Shown here one piece after another: positions 8,978 to 22,059 of a stretch of DNA of 64,000 nucleotides. A program made the translations under genes and the position numbers. The stretch lies in assembly GCA_977020255.1 (NCBI GenBank), contig CDROCS010000960.1:558001-622000 (forward strand). The letters are read 5' to 3'. Below the pieces are notes generated by a model that was given only the letters and a program-made list of their open reading frames with translations, was not told where the DNA came from and made no database searches. The first letter of the stretch is position 1; each line of letters starts with the position of its first letter. Origin of the DNA: Obrimoposthia wandeli (Eukaryota).

Positions 8978-11900
8978 ATGAGTATATGTAAAACTTATTC
9001 AAATATTTGTTTTTCGGATACACATTTTAATCCTCAAGAATGTCATGATATAATGAAAAAATATTATGGTTATTCATACAAAAAGATAAATTATTTCATA
9101 TGTCCACAATGTTTAAGCACTGAAAATGTTGATTACAACTTATTTTATAGTCGACATGTTAGTCATTTAAAAGCATATGAAAATGTTAGTAAGAAAAAAT
9201 TATTTAAAGTACCGGCTTTAAGCAAAAGAACTGATATAATTAATGTACCATCAAACATAGTAATTTCAGCTCCTACAATTACGTCACGAAAACGTAAAAT
9301 AAATGATAATATACATATTAAAACATCATTAGAAAATAGTTATTCAATGATATCCATGAAAGTAGATCATCTCAATCTTGTAAGTCTTAAGGTTCCAGTT
9401 TCATTATTAAACGAACTAGAAAGAATAGTGCAATTAATGGGAAAAGCAAAGATACAATACATCATTAGAATGAGGTTTGAAAAGAATGATGGAGAAACTA
9501 AAGAATTGTATGCTTCGCATCGAGCAATGATTTTTTCACATGCTATAATTTCAGAAATGGAAGATACAATGGAAAATAAAGTTGAAGAATATTCAGAAAA
9601 AGGTAGTGGTTGGAAATTGATGAATATACTTGAATATGCATTTATTGTTACTAAATATAGTCAAATTTGTGCATTGTCAGGTCATTCATATATTAAATCA
9701 CCAAATTATCTTACAAAATCTAAAGCAGTCGTCAATATTCAAAACTCTGATAATCTTTGCTTTATTTATGCAATATTGTCAATACTTAAATATAATGAAA
9801 TAAAAATAAATAGAAATAGACCAAGCCAATATGAAAGATTTTTAAATGATTTTGTATATAATTCCGAAGACATGCCTATGAAAATATCAAATATATCAAA
9901 ATTTGAACGGCAAAATCCTGGTATAATAATAAATGTATTCATATTCAACGAGATAAGTGAAAAAGAATCAAAAACTGATGTTATCAAGAATCCTTATATT
10001 GATATTGCATACAAATCAAAAATAAAGGAAGGAACTATAGTTAATTTATTGTTACTAGAATCCAAGGAACGGTTTCATTATATAGGAATAAGTTGTCTTA
10101 ACCGGCTATTAAATATTCGAACTGGAACGACTAGAATTAGCAGAAAATGGTGTGAAAAGTGTTTACATGGTTTCAAAACCGATTTGTCATTAGAAAAGCA
10201 TAAAGTTTTATGTGACTATAATCAAGAAAGCACTACAATGTATACTATGCCTAAGAATAAGTACGTTAAATTCAATGATTGGTCAAAAACTATATCACCG
10301 AAATATGTCGTTTACGCTGATTTTGAATCTGTATTAGTACCAGATGAGAGTTATCATCAAAAGCATATGCCTGTCGCATCTGGCATGTTATTTATGAGTA
10401 CAGATGAAATTGAAACCCAGTATCAATATAATGTTGGTGATGACTGCATAGTTAAGTTTCTTCAGTCAATAGAGAACTTGGCTAAAGAAAAGGTTTTACC
10501 ATGGTATTTAGATGCTCTTAAAAACGTAATGATTCCCTTAATAAATGCAGAGATTCATACATTTAGCAATGCCAATGAATGTTATTTATGTCACGAATCA
10601 TCTGAAAAATATGTTAAAGATCATGATCACTTTACTGGTAAATATCTAGGTCCTGCATGCAATGAATGTAATTTATCAAGAAAACTTCGTCCAACTTTAC
10701 CTATTGTGTTTCATAATCTCAGAGGTTATGATTTACATCATATTTTAAAACATGCATTGAATAAATTTACTGACTGGGATATAAATATTATACCACAATC
10801 AACGGAAAAGTTTCAAGCCATGATTGTAAGATTAGGTCAAATAACTCTGAGATTTATAGATTCTTTGCAATTTTTGCAATCATCTTTGGAAAATTTAGCC
10901 GGTAAATTACCAACTATTCCATTAACAAGATCAGTTTTTCCATCTAAACTTATTGATGGCAAAGGAATATTCCCATATGATTTTGCTACATCATTAAATG
11001 TCCTCCAGAATAAGTTAAGTTTACCAGTAAAATGGAATGATAAAATCACAGACACTGAATATCAAAAAGCACAAGATGTTTGGAAAATAACCAATTGTAG
11101 AAATATGTTGGATTATATGTTAGTTTACTTAAAGACTGACGTATATTTATTAGCTGACGTATTTCAAACATTCAGAAGAAAAGCTCTCAGTGAAGATGGT
11201 TTAGAACCACTTAACTTTTTAGCATTCCTGGGTTGAGTTGGGCAAGTGCTCTAAAAATGTTAAAACATAAGGTTGAACTGATGCAGGATCCTGAAATGTA
11301 CAACATGATTTATTCGGGTATACGAGGAGGAATGACATTTGTCAATAAGCATCATGTAGTCGCTGATGAAGAAACAAGTCTTTTATATATAGATGTTAAT
11401 AATTTATATGGATGGGCTCTTGATCAACCTTTACCAAAAGGAGATTTTGAATGGATTCTTGATTATATAAAATTAAACGAAATATTGCATGAAATGAAAA
11501 ATGTGAACATGGAACATATTGAATATGGTTATTTTATGGAAGTAGACTTGGTAATACCAGAAAACCTTCATGACTTTTTAGATGATCTTCCTATAGCTCC
11601 AGAAAAGAAATGTCCACCTGGTAAAAAAGTTGAAAAACTTTTAATGACACATTCGCCAAAAAGTCATTATGTTATTCATTGGAGACTATTGCAGATGTAT
11701 GTTAGTTTAGGAGCAGTGGTAACAATTATTCATCGAGCAGTAAAATTCTCTCAGGCTAAGATATTCGCAGAATATATAGAATATAATTCAGAAATGAGAT
11801 CACAAGCAACGAATAAATGTGACAAAGATTTTTATAAACTTAAAAATGTTAGTTTGTATGGAAAGACTGTTGAAAATGTTAAGAAACGATTGAATCTTCG

Positions 11901-12618
11901 CATCTGCACTAGTTCTACAAAATTAATCACATATACTAGCAAACCTATGTTTCAACGATCAATTGAAATTCATGATAATTTAATAGCTGTTTTATTAAGA
12001 AAAGATTTTATTTGTCTCGATCGACCAAATTATATAGGCCAAGCTGTACTAGACCTTAGCAAATTACGAATGTATACTCTTCAGTATCATGATTTGCAAA
12101 TATATCGTAATTTATTCAATTGTTCAATTAATATAGTTGCCGGTGATACCGATTCATTCTTTTTGGAATGTAAAAACGTTAATTTAAGAAAACAGTTGTT
12201 ACCAAAAATGATTGCAGATGGATTATTAGATACGTCAAATTATAATGTGAATGATCCATTATATTCTAATAAATTTAATAGTAAAATAGGTTTATTTAAA
12301 GATGAATCGGAAGGAAGAATGTATAAAGAATGGATTTTCTTACTTTGTAAATGTTATTCACTTAAGTTTGAAGATGACTTTGAAAATAATAAAGCAAAAG
12401 GAGTAAATCTTAAGGGTTCAACGGTTGTACATCAAACATATTTAGACGTGTATGAAAACGGTATTGCATATAATATACCTCAAAAGAAGTTTGGAACAAT
12501 AAATCATCAACTATACACAATCATAATACAAAAGACTGCTCTCAGCTCATCAGATGACAAGCGCTATTGGATCGAGAAAAATAGAAGCCGCGCTTATGGA
12601 CATTATGAAATCACATAA
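8978..12618 (+). CDS. polB: Protein-primed family B DNA polymerase with embedded endonuclease VII-like insert, 1-nt frameshift at 11216-11220
   Basis: YADFES, FHNLRGYDLH, DVYLLADVF, YIDVNNLYG, KLKNVSLYGKT, AGDTDS; DHDHFTGKYLGPACNECN insert; T6 instead of T5 restores NFFSIPGLSW. Confidence 0.96.
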
Positions 12619-12689
12619 TAAATGTGTTTAATTTTGTATTATTCTCTGACTTCTTTCTTATTTATTTTTGATTTAATTTTTGATTTAAT

Positions 12690-13731
12690 ACAAATTTTAA
12701 CATAATTCTTTAGATGTGTAAGCCTGGGAAAAAACTTTGATCTAAATTTTCACATAGAATAGTATGTGTGTGATTACGTAATACATTCTTAACTTATAAG
12801 AGTGAACTTTAGTTTAAATTTCACATAAAATAGTGTATGTGTGTGTTAAAAACCACATTCCTTAACTGATAAGAGTGAACTTTATCATAAATTTTCACAT
12901 AGAATAGTTTGTGTGTGATTACGTAATACATTCTTAACTAATAAGAGTGAACTTAGTATAAATTTCACATTAAATAGTGTGTGTATGATTACGTCATACA
13001 TTCTTAATTGTTAAGTGTGAACTTTATCATAAATTTTCATTATGGACTAGATCACAAAAAAGAAGGGTGGAGACTAAGCCACTTGATCCTTTGAATTAGT
13101 GGTTAGCCAAAAAGAAGGGTGGAGACTAGATCACTAAAAGATGGGTGGAGACTAGATCACAAAAAGAACGGTGGAACCTAGATCACAAAAAGATGGGTGG
13201 AGACTAAGCCAATTGATCCTTTGAATTAGTGGTTAACCAAAAAGAAGGGTGGAGACTAGATCACAAAAAGATGGGTGGAGACTAGATCACAAAAAGATGG
13301 GTGGAGACTAAGCCAATTGACCCTTTCATAGTGGTATATCTCAAAAAGAAGGGTGGAGACTAAGCCACTTAACCCTTTCATAGTGGTATATCTCAAAAAG
13401 AAGGATGGAGACTAAGCCACTTGACCCTTTCATAGTGGTATATCTCAAAAAGAAGGGTGGAGACTAAGCCACTTGACCCTTTCATAGTGGTATATCTCAA
13501 AAAGAAGGGTGGAGACTAAGCCACTTGACCCTTTAAACTATGGACGACCATAGTAGTATATCAAGGAAGGATGGAGTCTAAGCCACTTGACCCCCCCTCC
13601 CCTCCCCCTAAAGGGTGTCACTCCATAAGGGTGTCACACCATAAAAGGTGTCTTGCCACACCATAAGGGTATATGTTGCCTCACCAGAGGTGTACATGTC
13701 AAGTGGCTTAGACTCCATCCTTCTACCTACT
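12690..13731 (-). repeat. Right terminal inverted repeat (longer than left through extra subterminal repeat units)
   Basis: Reverse complement of 1319-2100 with additional GAAGGGTGGAGACTAAGCCACTTGACCCTTTCATAGTGGTATATCTC units. Confidence 0.93.
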
Positions 13732-15899
13732 ATAATCAATTTTTATAAATACATATACTGAAACTTCATTATGAAAAAAGCGCGAACTTATCTATATACA
13801 GCTCCGCACTTCAGCACTCTGTGAGTGCACTATGAGATTTTCTGTTTTAATTTTTTTATGCCAATTCGGTAAGACTAATTGGTGTTACTAAAATAAGACA
13901 TTTAACTCAGTTGTTAACTAATTAATCCGTATAGTTTGATTACAGTAGAATGTGCAAAATGATCTCGATATTTAATAAAGTTTCTTTCCATTTAAAATGT
14001 TGATCAAAACAATTTGAATTAACAATATAATGTAATAGCTACTATAATATCATTTAAAAACCTGGAAAATTGATTGTTCAAAACAAAATAAACTAAAATT
14101 AAGAACACGAATATTACACAATCATATTTTTATAATATTTCGTTAATTTTATTTTTTATTAGATATTTTATGTACAATAATCGATAGATAATATTATCAT
14201 TTAGCCGTTTGTTGTCGTATACCACCACGCATTCTCTTTACAGTTAAATCAGAAGGTAACATATTATAACTAGTGTATTTTCAATAACATTTATATTTAA
14301 CACTAGAAGGGCAAAGTTCTAGTTTCGCTTTATCCTTAGCTTGAAAAATTGAATTTTCAGTGAATGCGTAGAAGAAAAGAACTAACATTAGTTTATTTAA
14401 AGATTAATCTTGATATAATTTTAAAAATATATTTTGATGTATTTTCAAATGCTTCTGGTTTAATTCTAAAATACGAAGTACTTAAAATAATCGCAGAAGT
14501 CGAATATTGAAATGGTGAATATAAATATACTAAACATCTCTTAGCTCACAAATTTATCTAGGAATAATTTAAATCCATCTACATTTCCGCTGTGGCAAAT
14601 AGCAAAAAAATGTAAATTTATTTTTAACAATATTTTTAAAAAAATGCAATCTGTATTTATTTTGCAATTAAATGTTAGGATTATCAGATATTTGAGAAAA
14701 AGAAAATCCCAGTTAGAATTACTGCCTTAATATCGAATTATTTGTCACAAGTATAATGTTTGCCCCTGTTTCTTCAGTGATTTTTTTTTTCAGTAGCTGA
14801 TAAAATCTTCGTTTTGAGGCCATTGAAAAATAGCAAAAATTGATTTTCTGTTTTGCTTGTGAAAAGCTCAAGTATAATTTCATGGAACCAAATGTTGCAC
14901 TTTCGGAAAATCTGAAAAATTGTACCTTTTTATAAATAGAAGTCAATTACCAGATGGGGAAGATTTTTTCAAAGTTTTTGTTGCATGAAATTTTCAACTG
15001 GAACGGTATTTTTTAATGTTGATTTCCAATCCAAAGTTAGCTTTCCTCTATATGCCCTAGTTTTCATGCAATTTAGAGCATTCAGTCTGATTGGGGTTAA
15101 TCTTTCTTTTATTCGTCTCAAATCAGGGCTTTATCAAAAAGACGAAAGTGAGTAAAAAGGCCTGAGATAAAACGTATTTGAAAGTAGATCAAAACAAAAA
15201 TTGGATCCTTTTATTAATCCATGTCTAGAACAAGGTAAACGACAGGGTTTGCTGTTAGGAATTCGCTTGGTTTAGTTTTTTCTGATATTCCAGCCTGATT
15301 AACACTAAGGATATAGGCAACAAATCCCGCCAAATATATCATATTACAATATTTCGTCAGCAATTGGTCCAACTCAACACTGTGAGGAACTCCTAGTCCC
15401 AGTTTTAAATGGTTTTGTCTCAGCTGCTTAGGACAACCCTATGACAATTATGAAATCGAGCTTCAAGATATGACTTCACCTCAAACGATACAAAACTGCC
15501 ATCAGTCACACTTTAGCTAACCGGAATTGAATACTTAGTGTGTAATTTCTTCAAGCATTCCAAGAAAAAGTTATACATAAGCACTGGGTCAAAGTTTTAT
15601 ATTTCTAAAGGAAAGAACAGATTTCCGTTTTCTGTTTTTTCAAAAGACAACCAATATTTTTAACTAGCATGATATCCCAGGTTTTCTCAAGCAATCAGGG
15701 GACTATAATCATAGAATTGTTAGAGTTAAATTTAAAAGAACAGTAAAGTAACAAATATTTAAATAACTATCCTCAAAATTATAAAGCAAATAAATAACAA
15801 TTGCTTCAGTTATGCATAAAGTTTATACCAAAATACTTATTAAAATGTTATATTGTGACTCACAATAAAGAATAATAGTTTTAAAATATTAATTAATTT

Positions 15900-16282
15900 T
15901 TATGTAAAATTCACCTTTAACAATAATTTGGATTCAAAACATTTTCCTCTATCTACGTTAATTTTCTTCGGAGAACCAAACTTCAATATCCATTTATTTA
16001 ATAATATATTTATAACAGTATTTTTATTTTTATTTCGAACTGACTCTAATACAATATATTTAGAAAATTGATCTATTATAGCCAAAATATTTTTTTCCCA
16101 TTGACTGTAGTCTTAAATGGACCACAAAAATAAATATATAAACTTTTGTATGGCTCATTGGCAGACAATGTTATAACCTTTTCTTTAGTACGTCCTGTAT
16201 AAGTCTTTCTTTTCTGACAGATCGTACATGATTTAACTATGCTTCTGGAAATGTAGGTAGTTATGCGATAAGATGAAGACAA
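15900..16282 (-). pseudogene. Ty3/Gypsy integrase relic
   Basis: CTICQKRK zinc-binding half, YFCGPF, IIDQFSKY, FGSPKKINVDRGKCF across two frames. Confidence 0.8.
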
Positions 16283-17499
16283 TTAGTTATGCAATCATAC
16301 AGGTACAAACATTCAATTAATTAGTTTATTATGAGATTATAATTATAATTATTTACCTAACAAAGTACATAAAACTTTGCAATACTAACGTAGTATCCGA
16401 TCGAATTTAAGTGGTTAAATTATCTTGATGACCAAACCACATTTACATTAAACTAATCTAAATCAAAAGCTCTGCCAGGAAGACCCGGGCATTACATGGG
16501 AATAGAAAGATAAAAAACCTTGACTTTTGGGGAAACTAATCAGAATAAATTTACTGTGACAACATGACTGACCTCCTGTAGCAAATATTACAGGTCCTTA
16601 TTTATTTATTTTATTCTGTGAATTTTGAAGTGTTCATCATCGTCGTTACCATTTTTTATGTTAAAATTTAAAAATATTAAAATATTTGTTCATGAACTTT
16701 TACAATTTTTGGCCCTGTGGTCATTTGTATCGTACTGTTATTATTCATCAGTTTTTATGACATTAATGAAAATAATTTATAAAATGTTGAATATCTTTAT
16801 TTAAGCCTAACACTATATTTAATATCTGACATTTCCTACTTAAAATGAATATTTTTGAAGGCACAAATTTTACGGAATGAAGCAAATGCTTATCAGGTCT
16901 TTGATATGAGTGGTGTCAGAAATGTATCGGTCATGTAAAAAAATCTTATATTTTACAACACTCCAAATTGCGTAGTCACTCACAGATCCGGAATTAGATG
17001 TGTAGGGGTTTTCTTTCCAACTTAGATTTCTCATATGGAGACCCCAGCGTGAGTTCCGTAGCGATAGGGCTTACATATGGATGTGGCCTATCTGTTCTAT
17101 TTTCTGAAGGTTGTTTTTTATTGTGTTAAAGAGTTGTGTATAGGATAACGTAAAGTTCCCTAAAACTATTGTTGTGACGTGTGGGGCTGAATTTATAAGC
17201 CAGTTAGGCCGAATTTGATTGTAGATTCAAAAATAGTCTGGCAAAGCCAAACCATAAATAGACAAAATTAAGTCGGACTCAATTAGTGCCAACGATAACC
17301 CTATGAATATGTCAGAACTTAGGTTAGCGTATCACTGGTTAATTCTTGGCCTTGTACACTGTACAGTTATCCTATTTGCTATCAAGTTACGTCGATTTAT
17401 CTGAATTCGTGGGTGGTTCCTTTTCAAGTACTATGCTAAGGTTTTGCATTTAAGTTAAACGATTTATTATTATGACAACGTGGACATTAATTTTTTACA

Positions 17500-18097
17500 G
17501 AGAATTTCTAGAGGTGCTTACTAATTATCTACTGGAAAATATATAAAACAATTATGAATTGTCTACTGGAGAATCCACAAAGGAAACCGTTACTAATTCT
17601 CGAATGGAGAATTTACAAGCAAACTAATCGCGACACTATTCGGGATTTTCCTACTCATAGAATACATAGTTATGGTGATTAATTCTCCTGATCAATTTCA
17701 CTTTGGCTTCCTTGCTCCAGAGGTTTTTCTTGTTAGACTGCCTAATTTTGAAAGGCATCGACGTCAGTTTTATGGCGTCTGTTTCCGTGTTTCAGGAACC
17801 AGTTCGTTGTTTTCATCATTTGTAGCAAACTAGAAGACCGAAGACCAGATCTTGGATTGCAGATAACACTTTTGAGTTCTTCAAATCGGTTTTCCTTGAA
17901 ATAAACACTTCGTCTGCCGAAGGTCAGTTTGTGAGTCATCTAAAAAAATGACATGCTTCTATGATAAACATAAATAAACACTGGAAAATGATAAATTAAA
18001 ACAAACATTTATAGTAATCTGAAATAAATAAAGGAAAGAAATTTAAAAATCCATTTCTATGTTTCAATTTTTTTTACGGTGAATTTTGGGACACCCG
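17500..18097 (-). pseudogene. Degenerate Tc1/mariner-family transposon 5-prime part
   Basis: TIR-like CCGGGTGTCCCAAAA at about 18084-18097; broken frames with MPFKIRQ and NYVFYE*ENPE resembling mariner-like transposases. Confidence 0.4.
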
Positions 18098-20532
18098 GAA
18101 TTTTGTTTTTTTAATTGATTTAACGTTCAATTATATATTACTTCACTATTGCTATCCTGGTTTTCAGAAAAATATAATACCATAATACCAGCATTCATTT
18201 TTTGATACGGTTTCGTATTTCCTTAGAACACATATAAGCTGTTGAATTAATAAATCATTGGTTGAAATTTACATTCCACAAATTAGACAGCTTCTTTTAC
18301 AAATCGGAAATGTTGATGAAATGATCTATAGCTTATTTTCTCCTTTGCTTGCATGGCATTTTGTGATCCGGTAGATAAATGTAAATTCCAAATGAAGATT
18401 AGTTAATTTATTTCAAAGAAAATAGAGAATTATATTATGAGAAAACTATACTTTGAAATTTTACTGGTACTAAAATAATCAATTATTTCATATAACTGGA
18501 CCATAATCCAGGACAAAAAATCGGAAAAGTGTGCCACCTGTTCAATTGTTCAAATATGTTGATTTAAAATAGGATTATTTAAAAACTTTGATAAAACTTG
18601 AAACTGCGATGTGGAATATTTAATTAATTTATTTTTATAAGATCAGATTTGTGATCAGAACTAGAAACTAAATCGGAAAACCCTAAAATATTTCAGAAAA
18701 CATTATTTACAAATAGTGAAGGTTACATATCATTTAAAGTTTACTGTTTTGAAATATTTCTTTGATAGCATTAATGAACATTTAGCTTCTTATTTAAATA
18801 ATAAATAAGCTTTTAATTTCATTGTAATTATGGATTTACAGAAATTATGTCAGTAGCCCTCAAACCTTCCTTCTCGATAAAGTGCATCTTCGTCAAATTT
18901 CGAAAGTTTAAAATTCTCGTGTAGTATAAAATATATTTTTAATCTGATACTAATCAGTTTAAGTGCAATTAATTTTTTAATCAGATCTAGATTTATTAGT
19001 TATATATACATATGCTCCTCTGCTTATATTAAGCGTCTCCTACTTCGTTGTATTATTTTCTGAAATCGCTCAATAATTCCCACATAATTTAACAGATAAA
19101 ATCGCAATATTTCGTAGATTGTTAAAATTTCAGATTCATTTTAATTGGCAAAAGACGAATTTGTGCCAATTTCTTATATGTTTTAGTGATTTTTTGTAAG
19201 CATTTATAAATTATTTTTATCTGACAAGGAAACGTACTTTAGGTGTCATAAAAATTAGGAGTACGCAATTTGTATAAAAATTATGAAATGAATTCTACAT
19301 ATAAAAGTAATTTCATTATCTGCTAGTTTTCAGTATATAAAAAGTTATCTAAATAAATATTTATGTGATAAATTTATAAATGTGTTTAAATATATTAAAT
19401 TATAAAAACACTAACGTGATTATATGAATAAATACCAAATAAAATTTAATTTAATGAATAAATAAATTGTTATTGGTTTAAAATAAAATCTTACCAAATT
19501 CCTATTGTATTTTAAAATTCGCAACATTATTTCAACTAGTGCGTTTAAATTTTTGAATTTAAATTATTTCAATTAAACCAAATCATAAAATTTATTTTAT
19601 AAAAATTTAATACATATAATTTTTTTATTATAAATAAACAGCAGCTCAAACTACATTTTTAATATTGCAATATATTATGTTTATCACATACTAAAATTTC
19701 ACTGAGTTCTTTTGATGACCGTGCGAAACGTTTCCTTGTGAGTAGCTTTATTTCTGTTATTATGTGTACCTCAAATTCGGTGGTGTATGAAATAAAGCTA
19801 ATAGAAGGAAATTAGGTGGATAATACTATCATAAAGTGTGCCACAGACATTAATAGAAGTGATTAGAAAAAATGATCAAATATTTATGAGAAATGAATTA
19901 AAAATATATGTTTTGTTGTTTGTTGGTTTTATTTGGAACAATCGAGTGTGCAACATTTTTGGTTAAAATAAATAATCGAAAATTAATTTATTTCATCTCT
20001 GTAATAACCTTGTGTGATAAATTTACATTAACAAAATAATGTTTCATCGTGTTTTTGAAGAATATTAACGCATATCACGATGTTAATGAGTATATTCGCT
20101 AGAAATCCCTCATGTAAAAGAAATCCCTTCGAGTTTAGTAACAGATCGTACCTATTAATTAGTTGTTATTACTAAATATACTGCTTCATGTACATTTCAA
20201 ATCGATATATTGTTTATAAAAAGGTGTTTTTAGTAATAAGCTAACGCATTTAGATGAGGAAAAGAGGTCCAATCAAAGTTAATCTTTGTAAGCTAATATG
20301 TAAAATGTTTAGAATATAAACTAGTGGCTTTCATACTATTCTTATATATGGAAATAATAAATAATAAATCCTTTTTAAGTAAATTTATTTTTAAAAATTG
20401 TAGAAAGAATTTATTTTATGTTGATTAATAGCATTTTTAAAATTGTTTTAATAATCATCAAAAATTAAAATAACATAATTTTCATCCGTTTTTACTCGTA
20501 AATAGGTCTAAAATTTGATTTTTTTAAAAGTA

Positions 20533-20767
20533 GGACGTTTCGGACTTTCCAGAATTTTTATAGAAATTGGTATTGTTTCTAATAGATAGTTTGGGTCAAT
20601 TTACAAGAAATAGTTAGTTTCAAGCAACTTTAAATTGGAATCTTTTTAAATAAACTATAAATTGATTCAACTCTAAAATATCTTTGAAATTATCTTATAA
20701 ATTGATCCAAAAAATCTAATAGAAGCAACAACAATTTCTACCAAAATCTGGAAAGTCTAAAACATCC
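20533..20767. repeat. Foldback/MITE-like imperfect inverted repeat (about 80-bp arms)
   Basis: GGACGTTTCGGACTTTCCAGA... (20533-20611) pairs with ...TCTGGAAAGTCTAAAACATCC (20689-20767). Confidence 0.6.
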
Positions 20768-21099
20768 TTTAAAAAATGGCCAGTCCAAAACGTCCGTAAA
20801 CTCTAAAATTTCTACAGTATCTTTAATAAAATATCACATCTTTAATATAAGTTTTTGTAAAATAATTCTCAATTTAAATGTATAGAAATGAACATCGAAA
20901 AATTTAACAATGCATTCCAACTTGATTGATAATTTAATATTTATTTTAATAATTTTAAATTTCAATATTGAAGGAATTTTCATTTTTATAATATAATTTT
21001 GCAGTTAGCCATTTTATTTTGGTTTCTTACAATTGGATCTTTTAAGTTATGTTGGTGATTAGAAAATATACCTCTTTCTTTTTTTGGCATGTGCGGTTT

Positions 21100-21533
21100 T
21101 AAAAAGAAATTCTCCTTCAGTTTTTCAATTCTTACTCTATCTTTAATAAAAGCATCAGTCAGTTAAAAAGCATCTTTGCTAACATGATTTTCCATTATAG
21201 CCTCAACGAGTTTTCTAATTCTAATGCTGATTGCTGAGAAACGTTCGCCTTCTACTTGCTTCACTTTTGCGAGTTCGAAAACATTTTCAACTATGGATTT
21301 CCTTTCTAGGAAATTTTCTTCGAACCAGTTTTTGAATTTACCCTTTCACTGGCATCCTTCAATAATAATCCAGCTTCATCTGACAACTGCAAATAAAATG
21401 CATCCCCGATATTAGTCTTATTTGCATCGACAAACTCTCCTATATATTTTATCCAATTTTCACCTTCCTTTGAATTTGTTCCATCAAGTCTTCTTATGTT
21501 GTACTGAAACATTATTCTTTGCTCTTTTGACAT
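21100..21533 (-). pseudogene. Probable LTR-retrotransposon gag relic
   Basis: ENWIKYIGEF... then KVKQVEGERFSAISIRIRKLV, resembling the Q-x-x-G-E major-homology-like segment; frame broken. Confidence 0.4.
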
Positions 21534-22059
21534 ATTCTAGAGAAGATTATTCTCTCCTTTATTTCTCGTCACTACATTTATTTTGGCAGGGTCGCCAATT
21601 ATGATTTCTTTCGTAGACATAATTCAAAAGTTAAATTTCACAACACTATTTATATTATACAGGTTTATAAACGAATTAATAAACAAATATTGCCGGTAGG
21701 ATATTTTTGATTTTTGATTACTTAATTGAAGAATAGATTATTTTGAATTTGTAATCTTCTGACATTTGTTATTTTGTGTTAAAATATGTGATAGAGAAAT
21801 CTTTTTTAAACGTCAAAATTTACATTTTCTCTAAATTATTTAAATTTAAAGTCATTGCAGTTTAAACTTATAAAGCTTCATACAAATATAGGGATTTTTT
21901 TGGTTATGATTTTGAATTATGATATACATAGTGTTTATGTTTGGTAAAGTAAATTATATCCGGAAAACCTAATTGATATTTCTTCTTGTCTCTTTTATTT
22001 GTTTAAAAAATTATATTTAATACTTCCTATTTTTGAAAATTTATTTCTACAAACAAGAA

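Larger units (their letters stand above)
1319..13731. mobile_element. Full-length Polinton/Maverick (adintovirus-like) element, 12,413 bp
   Basis: Starts AGTAGGTAGAAGGATGGAGTC, ends GACTCCATCCTTCTACCTACT; TSD ATAATC at 1313-1318 and 13732-13737; contains pPolB, integrase, ATPase, two capsid genes and protease. Confidence 0.97.

Noticed and set aside
4279-10987. Short ORFs 4279-4500, 6293-6514, 8031-8300, 9766-9987 and similar (also 10837-11055, 22186-22506, 23056-23295)
   Set aside because: Antisense shadows of well-supported genes
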